Assembly: GCA_002421915.1 (NCBI GenBank)
Contig: DISA01000042.1
Coordinates: forward strand, 34,910-94,077
DNA length: 59,168 nt
Reading direction: 5' to 3'
DNA from: Gallionellaceae bacterium UBA6222
GTDB lineage: Bacteria > Pseudomonadota > Gammaproteobacteria > Burkholderiales > Gallionellaceae
The notes under the pieces are model-generated. The model saw only the letters and a list, made by a program, of their open reading frames with translations, was not told where the DNA came from and searched no databases. This document shows positions 19,678 through 29,682 of this stretch, in pieces. Position 1 is the first letter of the stretch. Each line of letters begins with the position of its first letter. Position numbers and translations under genes: made by a program.

Positions 19678-19749
19678 GGTGCGGGATTAAACCATATTGG
19701 ACGCATAGCCGCCACGTCATCACCTCCACGCTCTGCTAGAATCGCCACC

Positions 19750-20772
19750 ATGCTCAATGAACGCGCACAGATCCTGCTCAAAACCTTGGTCGAACGCTAC
19801 ATCAGCGACGGCCAGCCGGTAGGATCGCGCACTTTGCAACAATACTCCGGCCTTGAAGTCAGCACCGCCACCATCCGTAATGTGATGTCCGACCTGGAAG
19901 AGATGGGATTGGTTGCCAGCCCGCACACTTCGGCGGGCCGAATGCCGACCGCATTGGGCTACCGGCTGTTCATCGACACGCTGATGGTGGTGCAACCACT
20001 ATCCCCCGCGCGCGTGTTGCAACTCAAGAACCAGTTGCAACCCGACAATCCTTCGCGGGTGCTGTCCCAGGCTTCGCACCTGCTGTCGGAACTCACCCGT
20101 TTCGCCGGTGTGGTCGCCACCCCCAAACGCGCCGGCATCACCGTGCGCCAGATCGAGTTCCTGCGCCTGTCGGAAAAACGGGTGCTGCTGATCATCGTGA
20201 TGCCGGATGGCGAAGTGGAGAATCGCGTACTGCTGACGCACAAGGACTATAGCCAGAGTGAATTGACCGAGGCGGGCAACTTCCTCAGCCATCACTACGC
20301 CAATCTGGCTTTTGGCGATATCCACCAGCGTGTGCAGAATGAATTGCGCCAGTTGCAGCACGACATGACCGCGCTGATGTCGGCGGCGATGGCCGCCAGC
20401 GACGAGGCGCTGGCGCGCAAGAACGAGGATTATGTGCTCAGCGGCGAACGCAATCTGCTGCACAGCAACGATCTGGCCTCCAACATGGGACAACTGCGCA
20501 ACCTGTTCAATGTGTTCGAGCAGAAAACCGAATTGCTGCAACTGCTGGATGCCAGCCGCCACGCGCAGGGCGTGCACATCTTCGTCGGCAACGAATCCGG
20601 CCTGGCCGGGCTGGATGCTTGCAGCGTGGTCAGCGCGCCCTACACCTCGGACGACGGGCAGATTGTCGGCACCCTCGCCGTGGTCGGCCCGAAACGCATG
20701 GATTACGAACGCATCGTGCCCATCGTTGATATCACCGCAAAATTGTTGAGTAACGCACTATCGCAACACTGA
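19750..20772 (+). CDS. hrcA: Heat-inducible transcription repressor HrcA
   Basis: [45 protein letters not shown]. Confidence 0.96.
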   Translation: MLNERAQILLKTLVERYISDGQPVGSRTLQQYSGLEVSTATIRNVMSDLEEMGLVASPHTSAGRMPTALGYRLFIDTLMVVQPLSPARVLQLKNQLQPDNPSRVLSQASHLLSELTRFAGVVATPKRAGITVRQIEFLRLSEKRVLLIIVMPDGEVENRVLLTHKDYSQSELTEAGNFLSHHYANLAFGDIHQRVQNELRQLQHDMTALMSAAMAASDEALARKNEDYVLSGERNLLHSNDLASNMGQLRNLFNVFEQKTELLQLLDASRHAQGVHIFVGNESGLAGLDACSVVSAPYTSDDGQIVGTLAVVGPKRMDYERIVPIVDITAKLLSNALSQH

Positions 20773-20793
20773 GCCAGCCACGGATAAACACAG

Positions 20794-21888
20794 ATGAAAC
20801 ACGGATATAAGACCGAACTCGGCTTCACCCACGGCACGCCGGAGAAAACCGGCATCCTGCTTATCAATCTCGGCACGCCTGATGCACCGACCGCGCAGGC
20901 GGTGCGCCCTTATCTGAAAGAATTCCTCGGCGACCCGCGCGTAGTCGAGATCCCGCGCTTCATCTGGTGGTTCATCCTCAACGGCATCATCCTCAACGTG
21001 CGACCGAAGAAATCCGCTGCCAAATATGCCTCGATATGGTTGCCCGAAGGATCGCCGCTGCGCGTCTATACCGAAAAACAAGCTGTTTTGTTACAGGGAT
21101 ATTTGAGCCAAAAAACCAAAGCGCCACTGGTGATCGAACACGCCATGCGCTACGGCAACCCGTCCATCCCGTCCGTGCTGCGCAAACTGAAAGAACAGAA
21201 TTGCCAGCGCATCCTCGTCGTGCCGATGTATCCGCAATACGCTGCCAGCACCACCGCCACCGCCACCGACATCGTATTCAACGAACTGCAACACTGGCGC
21301 AACACTCCCGCCCTGCGCACCATCAAGCATTTCCACGATGATCCGGGTTACATCAAGGCGCTGGCGGCCAACGTCAACGACTACTGGATGCAGAACGGGC
21401 GTCCGGAAAAGTTGCTGATGAGTTTTCACGGCCTGCCGCGCTACACGCTGGACCGCGGCGACCCCTACCACTGCGAATGCCACAAGACCGCGCGCCTGCT
21501 GGCACAGGAACTCGGCCTGCGGGAAGACCAATACGCCCTCAGTTTCCAGTCGCGCTTCGGCCGTGCCGAGTGGCTGAAACCCTACACCACCGCCACCCTC
21601 AAGGAATGGGGGGTACAGAAAATACGGCGGGTGGATGTGGTCTGTCCCGGCTTCGTTGCGGACTGCCTGGAAACACTGGAAGAAATTGCGATGGAAGGCC
21701 GTGAGGATTTTCAGCACGCCGGCGGTGGCGAGTATCACTACATCCCCTGCCTCAACGAGCGCCCGGAGTGGATCCACGCCCTGACCGCGCTGGTGCTGGA
21801 CAACCTGCAAGGCTGGCTGCCCGAACCCGATCTTGCCGGACTGGAACAGGGGCGATTGCGCGCACTCGCCCTGGGCGCGCCGGGGTGA
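20794..21888 (+). CDS. hemH: Ferrochelatase
   Basis: [29 protein letters not shown]. Confidence 0.96.
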   Translation: MKHGYKTELGFTHGTPEKTGILLINLGTPDAPTAQAVRPYLKEFLGDPRVVEIPRFIWWFILNGIILNVRPKKSAAKYASIWLPEGSPLRVYTEKQAVLLQGYLSQKTKAPLVIEHAMRYGNPSIPSVLRKLKEQNCQRILVVPMYPQYAASTTATATDIVFNELQHWRNTPALRTIKHFHDDPGYIKALAANVNDYWMQNGRPEKLLMSFHGLPRYTLDRGDPYHCECHKTARLLAQELGLREDQYALSFQSRFGRAEWLKPYTTATLKEWGVQKIRRVDVVCPGFVADCLETLEEIAMEGREDFQHAGGGEYHYIPCLNERPEWIHALTALVLDNLQGWLPEPDLAGLEQGRLRALALGAPG

Positions 21889-21894
21889 TCCGCC

Positions 21895-22650
21895 TCAAGC
21901 CAGGCTGATCTTCTCCGCTTCCAACTGGATCATGTAGCGTTGGACGACATTGCCGGCCCCCCGGCTCAGGTCAACGAATTGCAGGCCGATGCGATGCACC
22001 AGTCCGCCACTCTTGGTCTGGGTCAAAGACCATATCCCGCACACCCGCAGGCTCACGGGTACCCTGCCGATTTCCGGGAAATCAATGCTGCACCCCTCCA
22101 GCACCGCCCCTTGCACGAAAACTTCGTTTTGTACCCCGCGATAGGTGATGCCAACACCACCGATACTCATATCCACCAGTGTTACCTCCAGCACTTCATC
22201 CCCGGTCTGAATGTGACAGATGAGCGCCTTGCTCCCCTGCGGCGTGTACAAACGGAAGAACTCCCTGCGCTGGACGCGCTCGATGACCTCCGGAACACGC
22301 ATGGAAAAGGCCAGCCCGTCCGCCATCGACACCAGTTGCAGATCGCCGGCCTGCCAGCGCACCTTGATATCGGTCTGTGTTGTGAATGAGACATGCTTGC
22401 TGTCGATGATCTTCTGATTGATCTCATCGTGCTTGCTGACATCAATGCAGACGTATTTCCTGTCTCCGCTCACATACAGCACCGTCGTCACCAGGCCGAT
22501 CCCTGCGCCCGCGTCCAGATTGATGACGATGCGATGCTTGGCCAACTCGTTCAGGATGTGCACAATCTCCTTGGGATTGTAGATAGCAAAAGGCGAGTCG
22601 TTTTTAGAATGCATCGTGGTAATTTGTTGGGGTTTATTCATCGTCGCCAT
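21895..22650 (-). CDS. ycgR: YcgR-like flagellar brake (PilZ domain); start uncertain
   Basis: QRREFFR and DMSIGG c-di-GMP binding motifs after a YcgR-N-like region. Confidence 0.8.
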   Translation of the reverse strand: MATMNKPQQITTMHSKNDSPFAIYNPKEIVHILNELAKHRIVINLDAGAGIGLVTTVLYVSGDRKYVCIDVSKHDEINQKIIDSKHVSFTTQTDIKVRWQAGDLQLVSMADGLAFSMRVPEVIERVQRREFFRLYTPQGSKALICHIQTGDEVLEVTLVDMSIGGVGITYRGVQNEVFVQGAVLEGCSIDFPEIGRVPVSLRVCGIWSLTQTKSGGLVHRIGLQFVDLSRGAGNVVQRYMIQLEAEKISLA

Positions 22651-22722
22651 ACCATCCGGCAACCCATATTTGACGCAAGCCCGCAAGGGGCACTGCAATT
22701 AAGCGCCGAATACCCGGCACTG

Positions 22723-23562
22723 TTATTTTCCGCCGCCGATCACCGCAGCGAAACGCCGGCCCAGATCAGGCTGCCCCTCCAAGCCATCCAGCGCGGGTGA
22801 CATCAGCGGCCCCAGCAACTCCAGACGCTTGTCGAATCCCGGATGGGTCTTGAACATCAGCGCAAGATTGGAGTCTGTCGGATTGACCGATTGCAGGGTT
22901 TGCAACACGGCGGGCAAGCCGTAGGGATCATAGCCTGCACGTGCCGCCAGCACCACCCCCATCCGGTCCGATTCAAACTCGTCTTCCTTGTCCAGGCCGC
23001 GTGCATACAGCTCGGTGCCAGCGCTAACCAGCTTGCCCAGACGCTCATCACCGCCGCGCGACTTGATCACATCATCGGCAAGACCGGCCAGCAATTCGCT
23101 GCGCGCACCTTTCCTGATGGCCTGCAGATGATGCTTGCGCAGTACATGCGAAATTTCGTGTGCCAGCACACCCGCCAGTTCCGCCTCGTTGTTCATGCGT
23201 GCCAGCAGGCCCTTGGTGATAAACACATAGCCGCCCGGTGCGGCGAAGGCGTTGATATCCTCATCATCCAGCACCCCGAAGTGCCAGGGCAGGTCGGGGC
23301 GCTCACTTTGCAGGGCGATCCAGCGTCCGACCCGGTTGACATAGCGTTGCAGAGCCGGATTGTCGAGCAGCGGGGCCGCGCCCAACAGACTGCCGGCGAT
23401 GCCGCTTCCGAGCTCAATCTCCTGCGGCTCACTCACCTCGGTATTGGCCTTCTTCACTTGCTGCACCATCTTGGCCGCTTTGTCCCAGTCGATACTGCCA
23501 AAGTCGAGTGCGTGCGCCGAAGCGGCCAAGGTCATCGCACATAACAGGATGATCGCTCTCAT
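22723..23562 (-). CDS. Secreted M48-family metallopeptidase
   Basis: Signal peptide; NAFAAPGG, HEISH, E.E.D, THP. Confidence 0.9.
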   Translation of the reverse strand: MRAIILLCAMTLAASAHALDFGSIDWDKAAKMVQQVKKANTEVSEPQEIELGSGIAGSLLGAAPLLDNPALQRYVNRVGRWIALQSERPDLPWHFGVLDDEDINAFAAPGGYVFITKGLLARMNNEAELAGVLAHEISHVLRKHHLQAIRKGARSELLAGLADDVIKSRGGDERLGKLVSAGTELYARGLDKEDEFESDRMGVVLAARAGYDPYGLPAVLQTLQSVNPTDSNLALMFKTHPGFDKRLELLGPLMSPALDGLEGQPDLGRRFAAVIGGGK

Positions 23563-24056
23563 TTTCCGCCTCCGGCCAGATAATCGACACGTTGCGCCTG
23601 CAACTTGCCTTCGGCGGCAAAACGCTGCGCCTCGCGCCGGTCGGCGGCATAGCGCTCAAGCTCCTGCAGCGCCTGCGGATCGGGTTGCGCGTTTTTCAGT
23701 TGCTCCTCCGACAGACCGCGCACACCGGTGGTCACCGTGGCGCCGCTGCCACCGCTGCGTGCCACATTGAACAGGGAACGCAATCCGTTATCGGCACGGC
23801 GGTCGGTCGCACCCCGCGCCAGTTGCAGGCTCAGCATTTTCACCCAGCCGCTGGTTTCGCCGGACTTGACTTGTGACCAGGATGCGCGCCGCTGCACCAC
23901 CATCACCTTGCTGCGCTCGGGCAGTGTCATCAGTGTCTGGGCGTCGCTGTAGGGTTTGGCCTTCAATTCGGTAGCGCGGACCGTATAAGCCTCCTCCGCC
24001 GCCCACGCACTTGCGGCAAAACCAATAGCACAGCACCACACGAGCAATTTCCTCAT
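23559..24056 (-). CDS. Secreted SH3-domain protein
   Basis: Signal peptide; LKAKP...WSQV...SGWV; TTGVRGL. Confidence 0.75.
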   Translation of the reverse strand: MRKLLVWCCAIGFAASAWAAEEAYTVRATELKAKPYSDAQTLMTLPERSKVMVVQRRASWSQVKSGETSGWVKMLSLQLARGATDRRADNGLRSLFNVARSGGSGATVTTGVRGLSEEQLKNAQPDPQALQELERYAADRREAQRFAAEGKLQAQRVDYLAGGGK

Positions 24057-25906
24057 TCCAATTTCTCCCCTTTGCGTGACGGCGCGAACAACTCAACCTC
24101 CTGTTCGCGCCCCTTGACCTTGAATGAGCCGAATGACTCAAACTCGAACGCATCACCGCACGCCTGCATCGTCTCGCGCGACACCAGGATGCGCGACACG
24201 CCCTTGGTCAGCCCTTCGATACGGCTGGCCAAATTTACCGTGTCGCCGATGGCGGTGTATTCGCGCCGCTGTTCTGATCCGATCAGACCAACCACCGCCG
24301 GGCCGGAATGAATGCCGATACCCACATCGAAACTAGCATCCGCCTCGCCCAGTTCATGTCTGAAGCGCTGCAACACCTCGACCATCTCCAGCGCCGCCCC
24401 GACCGCATGGCGCGCATGCTCCGGGTCGTCGAGTGGCGCGCCCCAGAACGCCATGATGGCATCACCGATGAACTTGTCGAGCGAACCCCCGTGGCGGAAA
24501 ATCACCTCGACCTGCAGGCTGAAATAACGGTTGAGCAATTCCACCACCTGCTCCGGCGTACGTTTCTCGGACAGGGTGGTAAAACCCCGGATGTCGGAGA
24601 ACAGCACCGTCACCTGGCGGCTTTCACCGGCGCGGCTCAACCCGCCGTGCGCCACCAGTTCCTGCACCACATGCGGATTGACGAAACGGCTGAACATCTG
24701 CACTGCCTGCTCGCGCGATTTGCGTTCGCGCAGATATTCGCGCAGGGCAAAGGTGAAATAGGCCGCCCACGCCAGCAACAGCGGCGACAACACCGGCAGC
24801 AACAGCAATTGTCCGGCAGCCAGATACGCGGCCAGCAACAAGACTGCAGTCACCCCAAGCAATCCCTGTCCGATCTTCAATGCATTCACGCCGCGCAGGA
24901 AAGCCAGGCTTGACAACCCCAGCAGCAACAGCGCGATGCCCAGCGCGAAATCCCGATTTGCGCGCTGCATGGCACGGCCATTCTTCAGATTGTCGATGGC
25001 CGTCGCCAGTATCTCCATACCCGGATACAGGCTCGCCATCGGTGTCACCCGCACGTCGTGCATGCCGGTCGCGGCGGTACCGATGATGACGATTTTATCC
25101 TTCAGCTCATCTGCCGGACGGCGGCGCTGTTCGCGATTGAAATCCGCGTACAGATCGGCATAGGAGATGTGCCTGAAAGAATTGGCCTTGCCGCGCCAGG
25201 CAAGGATCATGTCCGCCTGTTGCGGCACCGCATAGCCCAGATCCCGCGCCACACGTGCCGGCAGGGACGGGATCATCCAGCCGTAGGCATCGGTGTAGAG
25301 CTGGTAACGCCGCCCGACACCGTCCGCATCTTCCACGAAATTGATGGTGCCCACGCGCCAATGCTCGGGGTCGATCGCCAGCGGCGGCAACACGGCAATA
25401 TGCGCTGCCGCATCGGCCCGCTCGCCGCGTTGCAGGCCGAGCAACGGCGCGATTTCCGCGGCAGACGCACCTTGCGCGTCAAGCGCCGCATCACGCCGCA
25501 CCATCGGAAAATACACATTGGTCTTGCCTTGCAATGCCCGATTGAATGCGTCGTCACTGTCCGGCCTGAACTGGTCGCGCTCGCTGAACAGGATGTCGAA
25601 CACGATGGCGCGCGGTTGCTGTGCTGCGATCCCGCGCACCAGTTCGCCGTGAACGGCGCGCGGCCACGGCCAGCGCCCGGCCTCGTCTTCCATCTGCGCC
25701 AGACTGGCGTCGTCGATATCAACGATGACGATATCCGGATCGGGTGCCAGTTGTTGCGCCTGCAGGCGCACAAAGGCATCGGACAGACGGCTCTCCAGCG
25801 GCGACAGGGTATGCAGGACAAGCAGCTCCAGCGCCGCGAGCAGGACGAAAACCACGCCGATGCGCAGGGTGATCTGATTATCCGCGGACCTGGGTATGTT
25901 TTGCAT
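24053..25906 (-). CDS. CHASE2-domain adenylate/guanylate cyclase
   Basis: IVIVDIDD, GRWPWPR, TM helices, FSDIRGFT, DKFIGD, GDTVNLASRIE. Confidence 0.92.
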   Translation of the reverse strand: MQNIPRSADNQITLRIGVVFVLLAALELLVLHTLSPLESRLSDAFVRLQAQQLAPDPDIVIVDIDDASLAQMEDEAGRWPWPRAVHGELVRGIAAQQPRAIVFDILFSERDQFRPDSDDAFNRALQGKTNVYFPMVRRDAALDAQGASAAEIAPLLGLQRGERADAAAHIAVLPPLAIDPEHWRVGTINFVEDADGVGRRYQLYTDAYGWMIPSLPARVARDLGYAVPQQADMILAWRGKANSFRHISYADLYADFNREQRRRPADELKDKIVIIGTAATGMHDVRVTPMASLYPGMEILATAIDNLKNGRAMQRANRDFALGIALLLLGLSSLAFLRGVNALKIGQGLLGVTAVLLLAAYLAAGQLLLLPVLSPLLLAWAAYFTFALREYLRERKSREQAVQMFSRFVNPHVVQELVAHGGLSRAGESRQVTVLFSDIRGFTTLSEKRTPEQVVELLNRYFSLQVEVIFRHGGSLDKFIGDAIMAFWGAPLDDPEHARHAVGAALEMVEVLQRFRHELGEADASFDVGIGIHSGPAVVGLIGSEQRREYTAIGDTVNLASRIEGLTKGVSRILVSRETMQACGDAFEFESFGSFKVKGREQEVELFAPSRKGEKLE

Positions 25907-26132
25907 GGCGCTTATTCTGCCCGATTCCGCATGAAATCGGCTACTTTGTACAAAACTCGGCAGCTCACGGTACAGCGATTCATCCCCAACCACTTCCTGC
26001 AAAGCCTGCGTCATGCGCAGCATCCACCGGTAATGCCCGGCATCCCAGATGGCGAATGGCAGGTGACGCTGCTTGATATCCTCCACCACCCACAGGAAGT
26101 GGAAAGATGCCAAAGAGCCTTAATACTCCAAA

Positions 26133-26151
26133 ATATCTCTTTTTGAGATAT
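26133..26151. promoter_or_regulatory. Operator palindrome of second higBA
   Basis: ATATCTC-N5-GAGATAT 10 bp before the toxin ATG. Confidence 0.6.
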
Positions 26152-26161
26152 ACTGCACCCC

Positions 26162-26446
26162 ATGCACATCATCACACACCGCCGTATCGTGACTGCACAG
26201 CAGACGCACCCTCAATGTGCAACTGCACTCGAACAGTGGTATCGCTTGTGCAAAAAGGCCGAGTGGCGAAACTTCACTGAAATGAGGGCACTTTTCCCAA
26301 GTGCCGATAAAGTCGGCGATGTGTTCGTGTTTGATATTGGGGGAAACAAGCTGCGCCTGATCGCAGCCATCCACTTCAACACCGGACGACTATTCATCAG
26401 AGCCGTATTGACACATAAGGAGTATGACCAAGGAGGTTGGAAATGA
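26162..26446 (+). CDS. higB: HigB toxin (E. coli HigB-like)
   Basis: MHIIT...FPSADKV...VFDIGGNKLRLI...LTHKEYD. Confidence 0.9.
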   Translation: MHIITHRRIVTAQQTHPQCATALEQWYRLCKKAEWRNFTEMRALFPSADKVGDVFVFDIGGNKLRLIAAIHFNTGRLFIRAVLTHKEYDQGGWK

Positions 26447-26844
26447 ATGCACGAGTTAGAACAGCGATTCAACATTGGGGTTATGTCGCGCCTCTGCTAC
26501 AACCTGCGCGCAATGCCAAAGAGTACGCGCAACTGGTCAAGGCGCTCGATGCTGCCATCGACGCTGGCGGCGCCGATGAAAAACACCCACTCGCTCGTCT
26601 GGTCGATTACCTTGGCGACCTGGTTGCAGAGTATGAAGCCAAAGACAAGATGCCCAAAGCGGCAACGGGCGCTGAAGCGCTGCGCTATTTGATGCAACGT
26701 GACGGATTGCGCCAAATCGACCTGCCAGAGTTGGGAAGCCAAGGAGTCGTGTCTGAATTGCTTTCAGGCCGCCGAGAATTCAATGCGCGCCAAGCGAAAG
26801 AATTGGCCGGGAAGTTTGGCGTTTCACCAGCACTGTTCCTGTAG
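26443..26844 (+). CDS. higA: HigA antitoxin (HTH)
   Basis: LRYLM...GLRQIDL..LGSQGVVSELLSGRR. Confidence 0.88.
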   Translation: MNARVRTAIQHWGYVAPLLQPARNAKEYAQLVKALDAAIDAGGADEKHPLARLVDYLGDLVAEYEAKDKMPKAATGAEALRYLMQRDGLRQIDLPELGSQGVVSELLSGRREFNARQAKELAGKFGVSPALFL

Positions 26845-26847
26845 ATT

Positions 26848-27696
26848 TCAATCAACAAAAAATCTTTCTCCCATCTCTTCCAGTCCCACGCTCTGCAACA
26901 ACTCCTGCAACCGTGCCGCCGCCCGCTGGCGCGGCAGGTCTTTATAGCTGGCAATGATCAGTTCATTCTTCATCGAGTGTTCCCATCCCACCAGCTCGGT
27001 CACTGTCACCTGATAGCCGTGCGCTTCCAGTTGCAGGCAGCGCAATACGTTGGTGAGATGACTGCCGAATTCGCGCGTATGGATCGGATGTCGCCACAGT
27101 TCGGCGAGCGGGTGCTTCAGTGCCGCGCCCTTATTCTTGCGCAAAACTGCCGCCACCTCCGCCTGACAACACGGCACCAGCACGATGTGGCTGGCCTGCT
27201 TGGCCAGCGCAAAACGGATCGCATCGTCGGTCGCGGTATTGCAGGCATGCAAGGCCGTTACGATGTCCACCTTTGCAGGCAATTCGCCCGAAGTGATGGA
27301 TTCCGCCACCAACAGATTGAGGAACGACATCCCGGCAAAACCCAGACGCCGGGCCAGATCGCGCGAATGGGTGACCAGCTCCTCGCGCGTCTCGATGCCA
27401 AAAATATGGGATGCGTCATGCAAAGATTTGAAGAACAGGTCGTACAGGATGAAGCCCAGATACGACTTGCCCGCACCGTGATCCACCAGCGTCAGCACGT
27501 TTTTCTCTTGCCGGACTTCTTGCAGCAACGGCTCGATGAACTGGTACAGGTGATACACCTGCTTCAGCTTGCGCCGCGAATCCTGGTTCATCTTGCCGTC
27601 GCGCGTCAGGATGTGGAGCTCCTTCAGCAACTCGATGGACTGGCCGGGGCGAATCTCGGGGTATTCGGTGCTTGATGGTTTTTTCATGCTGTGCAT
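26848..27696 (-). CDS. SAM-dependent methyltransferase
   Basis: VDHGAGKSYLGF, ALHACNTATD, PCCQ; TAATG coupling with mnmC. Confidence 0.85.
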   Translation of the reverse strand: MHSMKKPSSTEYPEIRPGQSIELLKELHILTRDGKMNQDSRRKLKQVYHLYQFIEPLLQEVRQEKNVLTLVDHGAGKSYLGFILYDLFFKSLHDASHIFGIETREELVTHSRDLARRLGFAGMSFLNLLVAESITSGELPAKVDIVTALHACNTATDDAIRFALAKQASHIVLVPCCQAEVAAVLRKNKGAALKHPLAELWRHPIHTREFGSHLTNVLRCLQLEAHGYQVTVTELVGWEHSMKNELIIASYKDLPRQRAAARLQELLQSVGLEEMGERFFVD

Positions 27697-29600
27697 TATC
27701 CCTGAAGCCCGCCCCTGCGCAACGGCGCCAGCGCGTCCAGCAAATCCTGCGGCAGCGGCGGCAACTGCCCGCACATCATGGCAGTGATCATTTCGCCGGC
27801 GATGCCCGCCGTGAGCAGCCCGCGCGTACCGTGCGCCAGACTGCAATATAGCCCCTGATCAACTTTGCCCACCAGCGGCGTCGCCCCCGGCACAGAGCAG
27901 CGCACGCCGGCACGCCCATCCAGGTGCGCCACATCCACTTCGCCCAGCGCCTGATACAGGGCCGGCATGTGTGCGGCGATCCGCGTCAGGTTCTCCGCGT
28001 GTTCATTCGCACGAAGGTCGGTGCCGGCATCCCCGAAGACCGAGGTCGCGCCCGCCACATGCACCCCGCCCAGAGCCGGCGCACAATAACCTTCGGCGCA
28101 CAGCACGGCTTTCAGTTTTTCACTTTCAACCGTTGCGGGCAACAGGCTGATCTGGCCGCGCACCGGTTGCAGGGGAAAATCGGAGAATGGCGCCAGGGCT
28201 CGCGCCTGATACGCGCAACACACCACCACCTGTTCAGCTTCGAGAGAAAATCCATCGCCACTGGCACACCAGCCGGAAGCGGTGGGTGTCAGCGCAGTGA
28301 CCGCGCGACCAAGCGCCAAGGTAACCAGCGGATGATCCGCCAGACGGGCGCGGACGTGCGGTGGCACCACCCAGCCACCGGCGGGAAACCACAGTCCGCC
28401 GTGGGTCACCGGCAGCCCGGCCAGCGCCGACGCCTCGCCCGCATCCACCACCCGCAACAGATGCGGCGGCCACTCCAGCGCGGCGAGTTTGCGGATGCGC
28501 TTTGCCTCCGCCTCGGTTGCAGCCATTTGCAGCAGGCCGCATTCGGCACGATGCACACCATCCGCCGGCACGACATCATCGAGTAGCGCCAGTGCATGGC
28601 CGTAAGAGGCGAGCACGAACCGGTGCAGCGCATTCATGCCCGCGCCGAAACGCGCATGCAGCATGCCGCGCAGATTGGCGGGAACAGCGCCGTCCAGTTG
28701 CGGTATGCGGTCGATCAGGGTGACGGCGATGCCGCGCTGCGCCAGTGCACGCGCGGTCGCGCATCCGGCGATCCCCGCACCGATGACGAGGGCGGTGCAG
28801 GGTGTCCGGCTCGACGCGCCCGGCTCCGGTTGCATCGCAACAGATATTGTCGGACTGAAGTCCGACCCACAGGAGTCGGCGGTGTGCGGTTCGGACTTCA
28901 GTCCGACATGTGGCACGGAAACTCTACCCACAACCATCTCGCGTTTATGCCCGAAGCCCGGCACACGCTCGACCATGAATCCTGCCTGCTGCAAGCCGCG
29001 CCGCACCCAGCCCGCGCAGGTGTAGGTTGCCAGCGTCGCATCCTCGCGCGAAGCGCGGGCAACACCGGACAGCACTGCCTCACTCCACATCTCCGGGTTC
29101 TTGGCCGGCGAGAACCCGTCGAGGAACCAAGCGTCCACAACGGCTTCCGGCAATTGCGGCAGGGCATCCGCCACCTCTTCGATCGCCAGTGTCAGGCGCA
29201 CGCGCCCGTCGGCAAAATTCCAGCGGTTCCAGCCCGGCACGCGGCGCTGCCAGCGCGCAAGCAACACTTCGGCCTCGGCGTGCAATTCAGGCCACAGTGC
29301 AAGGGCGGCACGCAGCCCATCCTGACCGATGGGAAATTTTTCCACGCTGAAGAAATCCAGATTTGCGCCTGCGGGCGCGCACTGCTCGAACAACTGCCAG
29401 GTACACAGAAAATTCAGCCCGGTGCCAAAACCGGTCTCGCCGATGCAGAAACTCTCACCTTCACGCAAGACAGCGAAGCGTTGCGCCAGATCATTCCCTC
29501 GCAGAAAAACATGGCGCGTTTCTTCCAAACCGGAATCGGCGGAGAAGTACACATCGCCATAGCGATCAGAGTAAGGCTGGTTGTTTTTCCAGTGCAGCAT
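27696..29600 (-). CDS. mnmC: Bifunctional tRNA mnm5s2U34 biosynthesis protein
   Basis: DVYFS, ETGFGTGLNF, WFLDGFSPAKNPEMW; FAD motif IGAGIAG. Confidence 0.95.
   Translation of the reverse strand: MLHWKNNQPYSDRYGDVYFSADSGLEETRHVFLRGNDLAQRFAVLREGESFCIGETGFGTGLNFLCTWQLFEQCAPAGANLDFFSVEKFPIGQDGLRAALALWPELHAEAEVLLARWQRRVPGWNRWNFADGRVRLTLAIEEVADALPQLPEAVVDAWFLDGFSPAKNPEMWSEAVLSGVARASREDATLATYTCAGWVRRGLQQAGFMVERVPGFGHKREMVVGRVSVPHVGLKSEPHTADSCGSDFSPTISVAMQPEPGASSRTPCTALVIGAGIAGCATARALAQRGIAVTLIDRIPQLDGAVPANLRGMLHARFGAGMNALHRFVLASYGHALALLDDVVPADGVHRAECGLLQMAATEAEAKRIRKLAALEWPPHLLRVVDAGEASALAGLPVTHGGLWFPAGGWVVPPHVRARLADHPLVTLALGRAVTALTPTASGWCASGDGFSLEAEQVVVCCAYQARALAPFSDFPLQPVRGQISLLPATVESEKLKAVLCAEGYCAPALGGVHVAGATSVFGDAGTDLRANEHAENLTRIAAHMPALYQALGEVDVAHLDGRAGVRCSVPGATPLVGKVDQGLYCSLAHGTRGLLTAGIAGEMITAMMCGQLPPLPQDLLDALAPLRRGGLQG
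28848..28908. repeat. REP-like doublet in-frame in the mnmC linker
   Basis: TGTCGGACTGAAGTCCGACCCACA plus an inverted copy. Confidence 0.85.
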
Positions 29601-29682
29601 GGAAGGGTCAGCGAGAAGTGCTTGCGGGCGCGGATTATACCCGTCGCTCCCGTGCCCGGAGCGGCGCGGCTATAATCCGCAT

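Noticed and set aside
19036..19749. Apparent 238-aa N-terminal extension of HrcA, and similar extensions of MutL, XseA, UvrC and Pnp
   Set aside because: They overlap neighbouring genes or promoters; conserved starts lie downstream
19678..19749. CIRCE operator upstream of hrcA
   Set aside because: No TTAGCACTC-N9-GAGTGCTAA match seen
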